A DNA stretch of 63,668 nucleotides, filler included, from Lenisia limosa (lineage: Eukaryota > Protista > Breviatea), in the NCBI GenBank assembly GCA_001655205.1. It is 8 parts of 8 records of this genome, joined end to end, with 100 filler letters (N's around TTAATTAATTAA, not from the genome) between each part and the next. Parts side by side here need not be neighbours in the genome. Positions count along the whole stretch, not along the records: positions 48,953 to 52,135 come from LPNZ01003179.1; positions 52,236 to 54,924 come from LPNZ01010773.1; positions 55,025 to 60,030 come from LPNZ01000293.1; positions 60,131 to 61,304 come from LPNZ01004787.1; positions 61,405 to 63,668 come from LPNZ01003689.1; 3 more parts are not named here. One strand, given 5' to 3'. A program made the position numbers and the translations under genes. The stretch's first letter is position 1; each line of letters opens with the position of its first letter. A model generated the notes under the pieces. It was not told the DNA's origin, did not search any database, and saw only the letters and a program-made list of their open reading frames with translations. Of this stretch, positions 51,889 to 61,966 are shown piece by piece.

Positions 51889-51965
51889 CAATGACCGGGA
51901 TAAGTCTTGTCCGATTTGCTATCTGATTTCCCAAGGAAAATAGGTCAAGACTTTCCCGGTCACTG
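51889..51965. mobile_element. 77-bp Tc1/mariner-like MITE, copy 2 (inverted relative to copy 1)
   Basis: TA|CAATGACCGGGATAAGTCTTG...CAAGACTTTCCCGGTCACTG|TA. Confidence 0.82.
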
Positions 51966-52135
51966 TATATAAAAAATAATAATATACAAATGTATTTCCG
52001 GGGCTCAGACCTTGCAAATCATCGGGAACGTTGATATTTGCCACAACCGTGCCCTGGGCCCATGCTGTGATAATGGGGCGCTTTTCTGAGGAGGGAGTAA
52101 AAAATTGGAAAATTTATGAAACAAAAAAGCCCAAA

Positions 52136-52235
52136 NNNNNNNNNNNNNNNNNNNNNNNNNNNNNNNNNNNNNNNNNNNNTTAATTAATTAANNNNNNNNN
52201 NNNNNNNNNNNNNNNNNNNNNNNNNNNNNNNNNNN
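52136..52235. other. Artificial scaffold linker
   Basis: TTAATTAATTAA at 52180-52191 flanked by 44 N on each side. Confidence 0.97.
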
Positions 52236-52599
52236 TGTATGTACATGTATACATTTTCAATGCTATATACACAGTGGGGTATCGGAAGCAGAAAGAGTAA
52301 AACAATGAGCCCTATATTGCATGCGAAGTGGAGGCCTAAAAGCAACTCTTAGCTTGGAACTCGAGGGTCATTTTTGAAGGTGTTTTTGTTTCATTCACAG
52401 CATTTGATATCTACACCAGCACCACCACCCGGTGTTTTTCCCATACCTTTGCCAATTTTACTCCCCCCCCCCCCCAGGCATCNNNNNNNNNNNNNNNNNN
52501 NNNNNNNNNNNNNNNNNNNNNNNNNNNNNNNNNNNNNNNNNNNNNNNNNNNNNNNNNNNNNNNNNNNNNNNNNNNNNNNNNNNNNNNNNNNNNNNNNNG

Positions 52600-54745
52600 C
52601 CGACATCTAGCCGAATGGCGCGCTCGTCTGGCCGGCCGCCGGGCCTTGGTGGGGGGGAGAGAGTAAAGGGGTATAAAAACAATCTAGGGAAACAAACACC
52701 TGGGGGGTTACCAAGCCGGCCATTGAACAGAAACATCCCACAATGCGCACTGCTATACCCCCCAAAATCGAATTCATCCTATGATTTTGGTGTACCCTTT
52801 CATCCTTATGATTCTGGTCCTCACCCCTGCAGACAGCCATCCAAACCGAGCAAGTTGCCGACTGGAGAGACCATCGAGACGTTCACTCCGTTTTCATGGC
52901 CTGGAGAGGCATGACGCTGACCGTGGGAGGGAGGGGCAATCATGGGTGAAGTGGGAGCGGGTGAAGATCGATACTCAACCACCCCTCATCACCTCAATTT
53001 CTTTACTATCTCAATTTGGTTGGAAAAAGGTGTAGTGTTTCATCAATACATTGATAATTTGCCATTTTCTTTGATGGGCATTCCATATTCGACAGTCATT
53101 CCAGTTTTCCTGTTACATTTGCTTTGCTGATGGATGTAGAATGCACGAACGCGAAAGAGACATGAGGACCGCGCTCTTGCCATGCTCCAAAGGTGACGTT
53201 TCCTGCTTTTTATATTCCTCTAGTTCAGTTCAGTTCAGTTCAGTTCCCCTTTCATTCGCCAATATCCCATCTCTGTATCTATCGTCATTCTTCGCTCTCC
53301 AGCATTTATCACCATCCTTCGCTTTCTGGCATTACTATCGCCAGTTGTATCATATAATATGTGCAATTGCTCATATCCATAATAAACTTTATCACATCAT
53401 ACACAATAATCCTGTACCAGGAGATTTCTTATTCTATAATTTGTTACCAGGAGATTTCTTATTCTATAATTTGTTACCAGGAGATTTCTTACCCTATACA
53501 ATAACTCTCCCCCCCCCCCCCCNNNNNNNNNNNNNNNNNNNNNNNNNNNNNNNNNNNNNNNNNNNNNNNNNNNNNNNNNNNNNNNNNNNNNNNNNNNNNN
53601 NNNNNNNNNNNNNNNNNNNNNNNNNNAGGCCATCTCCACCAGGAAGGCTGCTGCAGATATGGCTGAAGTGGGGGGTGTTTAGCTTCATATGATCTGGTAG
53701 GGTTGGTTGGCACCCATGTTCTTGCTTTCAAAAAAAGGTCCGGATATGGATATTTTGAAGACCCCTCAGATCTCCGCCAATCTCCCACCAAAATATTATT
53801 TCAATCTCCAAAAGTGTCAAAAATGTTGTTGTTGAAGACAATATTTTTGACAAGTTTTTAAAAATCAGCTCCACGAGCCAGATCTTCACAGATTTCTGGA
53901 AAAAATATCATCAGAATTCCCAGATCTGCGGTATTATGTTCAACAATTCGGATTTATGTCATACTATTTTCATCTGATATGATATCTTTCAAACTATCAA
54001 ACCGTCGCCTTTTCCCGTCACATTCCTAGCGCAACTCTGTTCGCCTCCAAATAGCGGTGCTACGCAATTGGCGTGTTTCTGCGCGCACTCAGGCTGTGGA
54101 GCGGAGACGCAGTGTCGCGGCCCGGGGCTACTACTTGAAGTGGGGGGGGGTATATCGGGGCCGGCTATTACCATAGTTTTATAATAGTATATGGGGGTAC
54201 TACCTTATTCTTTCATCCCTCAGACCTGCACACCTCATGTGTTGAGGCTTCACCTCCCCTTCCTTTTGTCCCCATTATTGCCCTCCTCTCGCTTATCTCT
54301 TTCACAAATCCCTATCTCCCTAATCCCCAGCAACAGGTCTGGGCTTTGTTTAATCCTTGTGTTTCCCAAATGCTTGGCCAACAGAGTTGATTCTAAGTTT
54401 TTTATATAAATCTTTTCTCATATTCATAGTTTATTTGGACCTTTTTGCTTCATAAATTGTCCCCGTCACTCCTCTAGACGTCTTATGAGTCGCGTCTTCT
54501 TCGGCTTGCGTCTGGCTGCGCGAGAGTCTGGCTGGGAGCGGCACGAAAACGCTATTAGAAACGGACGGTTGGGGGGGTTTGGATACGACCTTGTTTTCCC
54601 ATCTCTATAATATAATATTTGTATTCGTCTGTTCTTTCGATAATTGACACATCTCTCACCTCCAAGAGCCACAATCACATCCCTGACGCGGAGTACTGAC
54701 AAGCCACTGGACTTCTCAAGGCGCTCCATCCGCTATAATGACGAG
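52600..54745 (+). CDS. Partial protein with Sfi1-like (centrin-binding-type) W-R helical repeats, multi-exon
   Basis: Exons read RHLAEWRARL, QVADWRDHRDVHSVFMAWRGMTL, ARTRKRHEDRALAMLQR, IAVLRNWRVSARTQAVERRR and RRLMSRVFFGLRLAARE. This is a repeated Arg-rich L..F..WR pattern. Confidence 0.4.
53415..53499. repeat. 30-bp minisatellite, about 2.8 copies (intronic)
   Basis: TACCAGGAGATTTCTTATTCTATAATTTGT is repeated with period 30. Confidence 0.9.
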
Positions 54746-54924
54746 GCTTCAGGGTGGGGGAAATTTCGATGAAGAATATTGGCGATATGGAACGATATGT
54801 TTGGGACCGTAGGGAAGAATACCCAAATATGACTGGAAATGCTGCTCACGCTGCAGTATTGGATGCAGTTTTGGTATTTTCAACCTTTGTGTGTTGCCTG
54901 CCTTTGTTTCATAAATTGTCCTAT

Positions 54925-55024
54925 NNNNNNNNNNNNNNNNNNNNNNNNNNNNNNNNNNNNNNNNNNNNTTAATTAATTAANNNNNNNNNNNNNNNNNNNN
55001 NNNNNNNNNNNNNNNNNNNNNNNN
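54925..55024. other. Artificial scaffold linker
   Basis: TTAATTAATTAA at 54969-54980 flanked by 44 N on each side. Confidence 0.97.
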
Positions 55025-55607
55025 CTTGTACAAGACACTTTGAGGGTCTTTGGTGAAGCGGGCTTGTGCTTTTCTGAGATGTTCCTCAGAGAATACGACT
55101 GAAAAATTGCCATTTACTGGTTGTTTCCGTTGATTGGCTTCTGGAGCTCAGCATTGGTTCCATTATGGTGAAAATATTGTCAAATATTGATAAGGAAGAT
55201 TGCGCAAGGGGTTGCCTCGAACTGCTTGAACTCCCAACAGTTTCTTTGACTTGATTTTGATAGGTAGATTTTCAATCTCATTCTTATGGCTTCTCGACTT
55301 CATGACTTATCGTATTAGGAACAAGATGGTACATTGCGAAATACTTAAAAAAAATGCTCATCTCCATCCCTGGAAAAAAAGACACGGTGCCTCTTACTGA
55401 GGTTAGATCTACTTTGAAGGAGTGATATATATACTAGTATTTCATATAATTTGATACATATTATACCTATTTTTATATACATAATTTCTGTTATAATATA
55501 TTCATATATATATACTATATAATATGATATGCTATTTTTTTTTTTCATGTGATATTTTTAATAATTCTACACTATTCTATTATAGTATGTACGTTTTGCC
55601 TCACGGC

Positions 55608-57066
55608 TTCAACAGGGCATCCAGAAATTGTTGCTTCATACTCTTCTGAGCCCCCAGTCACATGTATCCCCCTCTTGCCTTTTGGTCTTGAGCCATTCAT
55701 CCTTGCTGTATCAGTTAAACCTCCTTGTCTTGGACTTACCGATTCGAGAATCAAACACCTTGATTGGTCGACAGCACGCACAAGAAAATCTTACACTGCG
55801 TCATGGAAAAGCCGAGTACCTTGATCTCATGACTGTCAAACGACTGCGACGATTGGAGAGCACCAATGCTCTGTTTGTGCGCTGGTGTAAACAGAACTGC
55901 TTAAAGACAATTTCGTCAGGCCACAAAAGGTCACCCTTCCCCCAGTCATTGATGACACCCCACCCGCAATCTGATGGTACCTTATTTCCATAGGTTGAAA
56001 AGGTCGGTAAGGAGGGGAAAATGAAGATAATCCCCAGACAGTCCAAGAAGGTATGAACGTTCCGATTATTTTGATTTGTTAATCGTTCAGGTTCTCGAAC
56101 TGATGGCAAGACTCACCATCTACGCCAGTAACGACCGAGAGCACCACCACTCCCTTCGCATGGTGGTTGATATCCTGTCGTCAAGGATGCCGGTGGAGCA
56201 GTTGCTGAAGCCTCGCAAGTGTGGTAATGAGGTGTGCGGGTCATGTTGATAAAGAACAAAATTACTTTATTATTGTGAGAAAATCCTTGTGTTTCAATTA
56301 GCCTAGCCTTTCCTAAGCTTCATATGAAATTGATGTAGATCCAACACAATATATTCCTTATAATTTAGCTGGATAATGCTCTCTCCGAATTCCGTGAAAG
56401 CCTCACCTGACTTCGGGAAACTACCCACGACTGATGGTTTGTTACCCACTTCGTCATCAGCACAAAAATTATCATTTTGACAATATAGAAGTTCTGCAAA
56501 CCATGGTACCTGTTCCTCTGCCATTTCCCCGTTTGTCAAGTAGCCGAGCTCTTCGAACTACTCGTTGAGTTTGTCGCCCCGACTCGTGTTGTGGATGGAG
56601 AGAGAGTAAGGAGAGTTTTTGGAGGTAGTTAAGAGTTGAAATCTAATGATCAGGACGAGCCCCAGGAGCTGGAGTCCCCACTTCTCGGCTTTGATAACAT
56701 CTTGCCTAGAATTTTTTAGGCTCGCTAATCTGACCCAAACTACTCTTCAAAAGCGGTTTGCTACCACTGTTTAAACAGCAAACACTAATTTCAGCATCTT
56801 GTATCCACAAGCGCTACCCGGCCAATGAAGGCAAAGTGAGAGGGCACCTTCTCACGGTCGTGTCCAAGCGAGGGAGGGTGATTGCTGCGTGTTCGTTGCC
56901 AACGCTGAGTCTACACTTCTTCTCCTCCACTGGCTCCAGCAACGCATCGGCCCTGGTAGGAGAGGAACAGGCACACAAATCATCTCTTCTGAAATATATT
57001 ATAACATATGCACAAAGTATATGTATATATTCTCATGAATGCTGAATACTGAAGAGTTGAGTGGTG
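55608..57066 (+). pseudogene. Chimeric, truncated KDZ-like pseudogene (PPCLGL domain fragment joined to a duplicated KDZ middle module)
   Basis: 55972-57066 is a near-identical inverted copy of 57672-58777. It carries indels (about 56405, 56795, 56888) and nonsense changes (CAG>TAG and AAA>TAA near 56717-56728), and it lacks the YDNSC exon. Confidence 0.65.
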
Positions 57067-58777
57067 AAACTAATATATTAACACCATGTATATATGTTTA
57101 AAAATTAGTTTCAACATATACAAGTGATGAGTTGCCTGACTATTCTGTCCAAATGATGAAGATATTCATAACAGGGTGTGTCAGAGTATTTGAGAAAACT
57201 AACTGACCAATAAAAAATTTGTATATAAGGTCGTGCGGGCCCAAAGTAGCTCATAAATAAAAATACTCTCACGTATAAAGCATAATGAAGCAGAAAGAAT
57301 ATATTGTATCATGTATTATTCGATTTTATAATAAACAATACGCATTGAATTTCGTTTATTATATACAGCTACACACATGCATATTTAACATAGCTCNNNN
57401 NNNNNNNNNNNNNNNNNNNNNNNNNNNNNNNNNNNNNNNNNNNNNNNNNNNNNNNNNNNNNNNNNNNNNNNNNNNNNNNNNNNNNNNNNNNNNNNNNNNN
57501 NNNNNNNNNNNNNNNNNNNNNNNNNNNNNNNGAGCAAAAGCTCTCCGGCAAGCCAAGGGTCATGAATCGCCAATGTGGTGGCGGCATTACAAGAGTTGTC
57601 GTACTGTATAAAGTTCACTTTGGATCCTGTATGAATGAAAGAAAAACCACCAACGGAAGGGTTAGAATGAACACCACTCAACTCTTCAGTATTCAGCATT
57701 CATGAGAATGTATACATTTCATATACTTTGTGCATATGTTATTATATATTTCAGAAGAGATGATTTGTGTGCCTGTTCCTCTCCTACCAGGGCCGATGCG
57801 TTGCTGGAGCCAGTGGAGGAGAAGAAGTGTGGACTCAGCGTGGGCAACGAACACGGCAGCAATCACCCTCCCTCGCTTGGACACGACCGTGAGGAGGTGC
57901 CCTCTCACTTTGCCTTCATTGGCCGGGTAGCGCTTGTGGATACAAGATGAGTTCTGAAATTAGTGTTTGCTGTTTAAACAGTGGTAGCAAACCGCTTTTG
58001 AAGAGTAGTTTGGGTCAGGTTTGCGAGCCTGAAAAATTCTAGGCAAGATAGTATCAAAGCCGAGAAGTGGGGACTCCAGCTCCTGGGGCTCGTCCTGATC
58101 ATTAGATTTCAACTCTTAACTACCTCTAAAACTCTCCTTACTCTCTCTCCATCCACAACACGAATCGGGGCGACAAACTCAACGAGTAGTTCGAAGAGCT
58201 TGGCTGCTTGACAAACGGGAAAATGGCAGAGGAACAGGTACCATGGTTTGCAGAACTTCTATATTGTCAAAATGCTAATTTTTGTGCTGATGACGAAGTG
58301 GGTAACAAACCATCAGTCGTGGGTAGTTTCCCGAAGTCAGGGTGAGGCTTTCACGGAATTCGGAGAGAGCATTATCCAGCTAAATTATAAGGAATATATT
58401 TTAGTTGGATCTACATCAATTTCATATGAAGCTTAGGAAAGGCTAGGCTAATTGAAACACAAGGATTTTCTCACAATAATAAAGTAATTTTGTTCTTTAT
58501 CAACATGACCCGCACACCTCATTACCACACTTGCGAGGCTTCAGCAACTGCTCCACCGGCATCCTTGACGACAGGATATCAACCACCATGCGAAGGGAGT
58601 GGTGGCGCTCTCGGTCGTTACTGGCGTAGATGGTGAGTCTTGCCATCAGTTCGAGAACCTAAACGATTAACAAATCAAAATAATAGGAACGTTCATACCT
58701 TCTTGGACTGTCTGGGGATTATCTTCATTTTCCCCTCCTTACCGACCTTTCCAACCTATGGAAATAAGGTACCATCA
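55972..58777. repeat. Large inverted duplication: arms 55972-57066 and 57672-58777, plus outer arms 55423-55577 and 59097-59274
   Basis: Base-by-base reverse-complement match of about 1.1-kb arms around a 605-bp spacer. A second AT-rich pair of arms of about 155-180 bp lies outside them. Confidence 0.92.
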
Positions 58778-60000
58778 CAAATAAACTACCTCGACAGCAC
58801 TCTCAAGCTTGTCCATATCAGCGTCACGAAGGAGATCGCGTGCCTCTTGCGGATTTTTGAGCACCCGTTGTGAGAAAGGGATCCTTGACAGTCAAATCAA
58901 TTTTCATTTGTTATATAAACATCATATACATTGCATATTGTACATATCATATGGCCACATACATGTACTATACATTTACATATCCATATACATATCATAT
59001 ACTACTATATTATTTATACACTGACCGGGATAAGCCTTGACCGATATTCCTTGGGAAATCATTTTGCAAATCAGTCAAAAACTTATCCCGGTTACTGAAT
59101 AGTGTAGAATTATTAAAAATATCACATGAAAAAAAAAATATAGCATATCATATAATATATGATATTTTTAATAGTATATACTGTATATATGAATATATCA
59201 TAACAGAAATTATGTATATAAAAATAGGTATAATATGTATCAAATTATATGTAATACTAGTAATATATATATCATGTAATTAAATGATATTATCCATCAA
59301 TATTATTCGTGATGATACAATACAATATGATATATTATATCATATATTTTTATTGTAAATAGGGTTCTCCACAGACATGGCACGAGGTGGCTTGTCATCG
59401 AATGTGGATGGGCTGATGGTGGGCATGTCCTTGATCCCGATGTCAACACAGTCGATCGCCAGGTCTCGACCTCGTCATCATCTGAGGGGATAGTTTGCTT
59501 TATATCCTCAACACACAAATGAAGGAACAGATGGTGGCAATCCTGAAGGGTCAAAGCTATTAATAAAGCTGTCAACCAACACTGAGGTCCTGGGCTGTGG
59601 GCCTTCGGTCTGGGCGCATGTTGTTGAGAGCGGCTGTCAAAGGAAGTAAGCCGTGACAGGCCTCTGCAAAGGGGCGGGTAAAGGCTTTTGACGGCCTAAC
59701 TCTCAAGATACCAAGGCTTTTGCCAGACAAAAAGTTCCACATTCCGCAGGAGGAACACACTTGATTCAACTAAAGCGGTTATTTCAGGAGGAGAAAAAAA
59801 GTAACGAACTCCGAACTGACTTTGGACGTACAATGTTAAACCCAAACACGTCAACATATTCTTCTTGAATGTGGCCATACTACAAAATAACCATCAAAAA
59901 ATGAACAAAATATGACGTACCTCCGCCCCACAATGATAACACTCTTTGGCATGTGGGTGGTCTAAGAATAGTTCTACAGGAATAACACAATATTTCCTAA
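57111..60000 (-). mobile_element. CxC-KDZ (Kyakuja-Dileera-Zisupton) transposase-like gene, intron-rich, 5' truncated by the scaffold end
   Basis: Exons in order: HAKECYHCGAE|YGHIQEEYVDVFGF..|VCSSCGMWNFLSGKSLGIL (CxC-type); DLAIDCVDIGI (candidate D1); FSQRVLKNPQEARDLL; ILSSRMPVEQLLKP; LPRIFQARKP..|NSSCIHKRYP..RGHLLTVVSKRGRVIAAVFVAHAES; KVNFIQYDNSCN (YDxxC, candidate D2, 57589-57603); gap; DTPCYEYLHHLDRI (candidate E). One frameshift is needed at about 59466. Confidence 0.7.
59019..59097. mobile_element. 79-bp Tc1/mariner-like MITE, copy 3 (in an intron of the KDZ-like gene)
   Basis: TA|CACTGACCGGGATAAGCCTTGACCGA...TCAGTCAAAAACTTATCCCGGTTACTG. The right-hand TA is not preserved. Confidence 0.78.
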
Positions 60001-60030
60001 CTAACCAGCATCAGAACATTCCTCCCAGAG

Positions 60031-60130
60031 NNNNNNNNNNNNNNNNNNNNNNNNNNNNNNNNNNNNNNNNNNNNTTAATTAATTAANNNNNNNNNNNNNN
60101 NNNNNNNNNNNNNNNNNNNNNNNNNNNNNN
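60031..60130. other. Artificial scaffold linker
   Basis: TTAATTAATTAA at 60075-60086 flanked by 44 N on each side. Confidence 0.97.
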
Positions 60131-60191
60131 AGCTATTTATATACTACATGATATGGTCTAATGTGACGTAGTAGCCTAATCCCTCCCCTTA

Positions 60192-61304
60192 GATCTTGAC
60201 CCCATTGGAGAATGAAATTAAGTTCGATATTCTCCCCAAACATCTGACTCTCGACGGAGCCCCCAAAATGCCTGATTTTCTTGGTGATGCTGGGATCTCT
60301 GGTCCACCCCAGGCATTTATGGGTGAGATGGGTCTCTGCGTTTATAGTTTTGTTTTCTCTCGTTTTTTTTGTTTTCTCCCCCCCCCCCCNNNNNNNNNNN
60401 NNNNNNNNNNNNNNNNNNNNNNNNNNNNNNNNNNNNNNNNNNNNNNNNNNNNNNNNNNNNNNNNNNNNNNNNNNNNNNNNNNNNNNNNNNNNNNNNNNNN
60501 NNNNNNNNNNNNNNNNNNNNNNNNNNNNNNNNNNNGGCCAATCCGGGCCGACTTCCCCAAAGGCCAAAAAGACCCCTCTGAGCCCGTCGCGTAAATCGAA
60601 CCAGCTCCAGAGCCCCCAAAAATCGTCGAATAGACAGTCCATCCACCTGGCAGCCGCGCCTGAACTCCAACAAAAATCATCGGCGTCTCCCCAGGTTTGT
60701 TTATTATTACGCTTATGACTTTCCTTCTTTACCCAAATGGACTGAATGATTTCTGCATAAATCATGTATTTGTCTGTCGTGTAATCACTCCAGCCCGGGC
60801 TCTTTCTCCCAGGCAAAACGGGCGCTTCCTCTCTCCCTCCCACCCCCACTAAGTCCTCATCTTCTCAATTCACTCCCACTAAATCCTCTTCTGACCCGTC
60901 CACTTCCTCCTCTGTTCAACCCCAGCGCGATCCATCTTCGCAATCATCCAGTGTCTCCTCTCCATCAAACGCACCAACTCCGAGCCATTCTTCTTCCCAT
61001 GCTTCTGCTACTTCTTCCAACCATACTGCTGCTGTTGTTGGTGTGGGTGTAGGTGTGGGGGTAGCAGCAGGAGCAGCGGCTGTGATTGTCGCTACTCAGG
61101 GTGATAATAGCTCTGTCGAATCAGAAAGCAAAAACATTGAAGAAGAAAAGAGTGTTACAGAAGAAGCTGAGAAGAGACTTGAAGAAGAAGAAGCTGAGAA
61201 AAAGAGACTCGAGGAAGAAGCTGAGAGGAAGAGACTTGAGGAAGAAGAAGCTGAGAAGAAGAGACTTGAAGAAGCTGAGAGGAAGAGAATTGAAGAAGAA
61301 GAAG
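60192..61304 (+). CDS. Partial low-complexity protein: S/P-rich region, hydrophobic segment, then EK/ER-rich single-alpha-helix repeats
   Basis: An open frame from about 60794 to 61304 reads ...AAVVGVGVGVGVAAGAAAVIVAT...EEAEKRLEEEEAEKKRLEEEAERKRLEEEE. The 27-30-bp coding repeats run from about 61160 to the scaffold end. Confidence 0.6.
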
Positions 61305-61404
61305 NNNNNNNNNNNNNNNNNNNNNNNNNNNNNNNNNNNNNNNNNNNNTTAATTAATTAANNNNNNNNNNNNNNNNNNNNNNNNNNNNNNNNNNNNNNNN
61401 NNNN
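61305..61404. other. Artificial scaffold linker
   Basis: TTAATTAATTAA at 61349-61360 flanked by 44 N on each side. Confidence 0.97.
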
Positions 61405-61459
61405 GGTATATTTATATACATACAGTATATTGGACGACAACATTAATTCACCCAATCAT

Positions 61460-61966
61460 TTGCCTTACAAACATGTACACTCAGATTTCTGCGTGCCCCC
61501 AGCATACCTAATATGCCTCCAGCTTTCAACTTTTCGGGAATAGCAGTGCTTGCAAGGTACTCCATATCCTGAGCAAATTGTTTAAGGAAATTACAAGATA
61601 CTCCATTTTCTTTGTGAATTATATAGAGCTCTCACCTGCATATAGCGGATACCGTCCTCTTGGAACTTCAGCAGGCTTGGCGACGAGTTGCCATGGAAGA
61701 ACCGCAGGTTTGATCCGCTGAAATGTTGGTTGTGTGGGGAGGAGGAGATGTGAAGAGAAATCGGCATTATTGGTAGTAAAAGAAGACGCAAAACGTTTTA
61801 AAGGTGTGAAAGAAAAGAGCCTTACTGGTGAGCTGAAAGAAAAACGAGAATTTTGGTCGTATAACGAGATTTGAATTTTGGTCTGATGCGAAGGATTAAG
61901 AAATAAAGAGTTTTTATCTTCCATTCCTCCAAACAACATAACCCTCATTAAACTAACTTCTTCCAC
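61460..61966 (-). CDS. 5' part of a hypothetical protein, possibly with a mitochondrial-presequence-like segment
   Basis: The ORF has an S/F/R-rich stretch (SRFSFSSPVRLFSFTPLKRFASS). A GT-AG intron after YA G is followed by further small exons, and the gene runs off the scaffold. Confidence 0.35.

Noticed and set aside
53415-53499. 30-bp repeat as a CRISPR array
   Set aside because: The units are directly tandem with no unique spacers, the context is a eukaryotic intron, and there are no cas genes.
59572-59769. ORF ending NMRPDRRPTAQDL looked like a protein-kinase subdomain XI
   Set aside because: No kinase catalytic motifs lie nearby. The flanking exons (CYHCG, CSSCG, LAIDC, YDNSC) fit a CxC-KDZ protein much better.
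1354-61360. Many ORF-track entries containing long X runs
   Set aside because: They are artefacts of translation through N gaps and provide no coding evidence.
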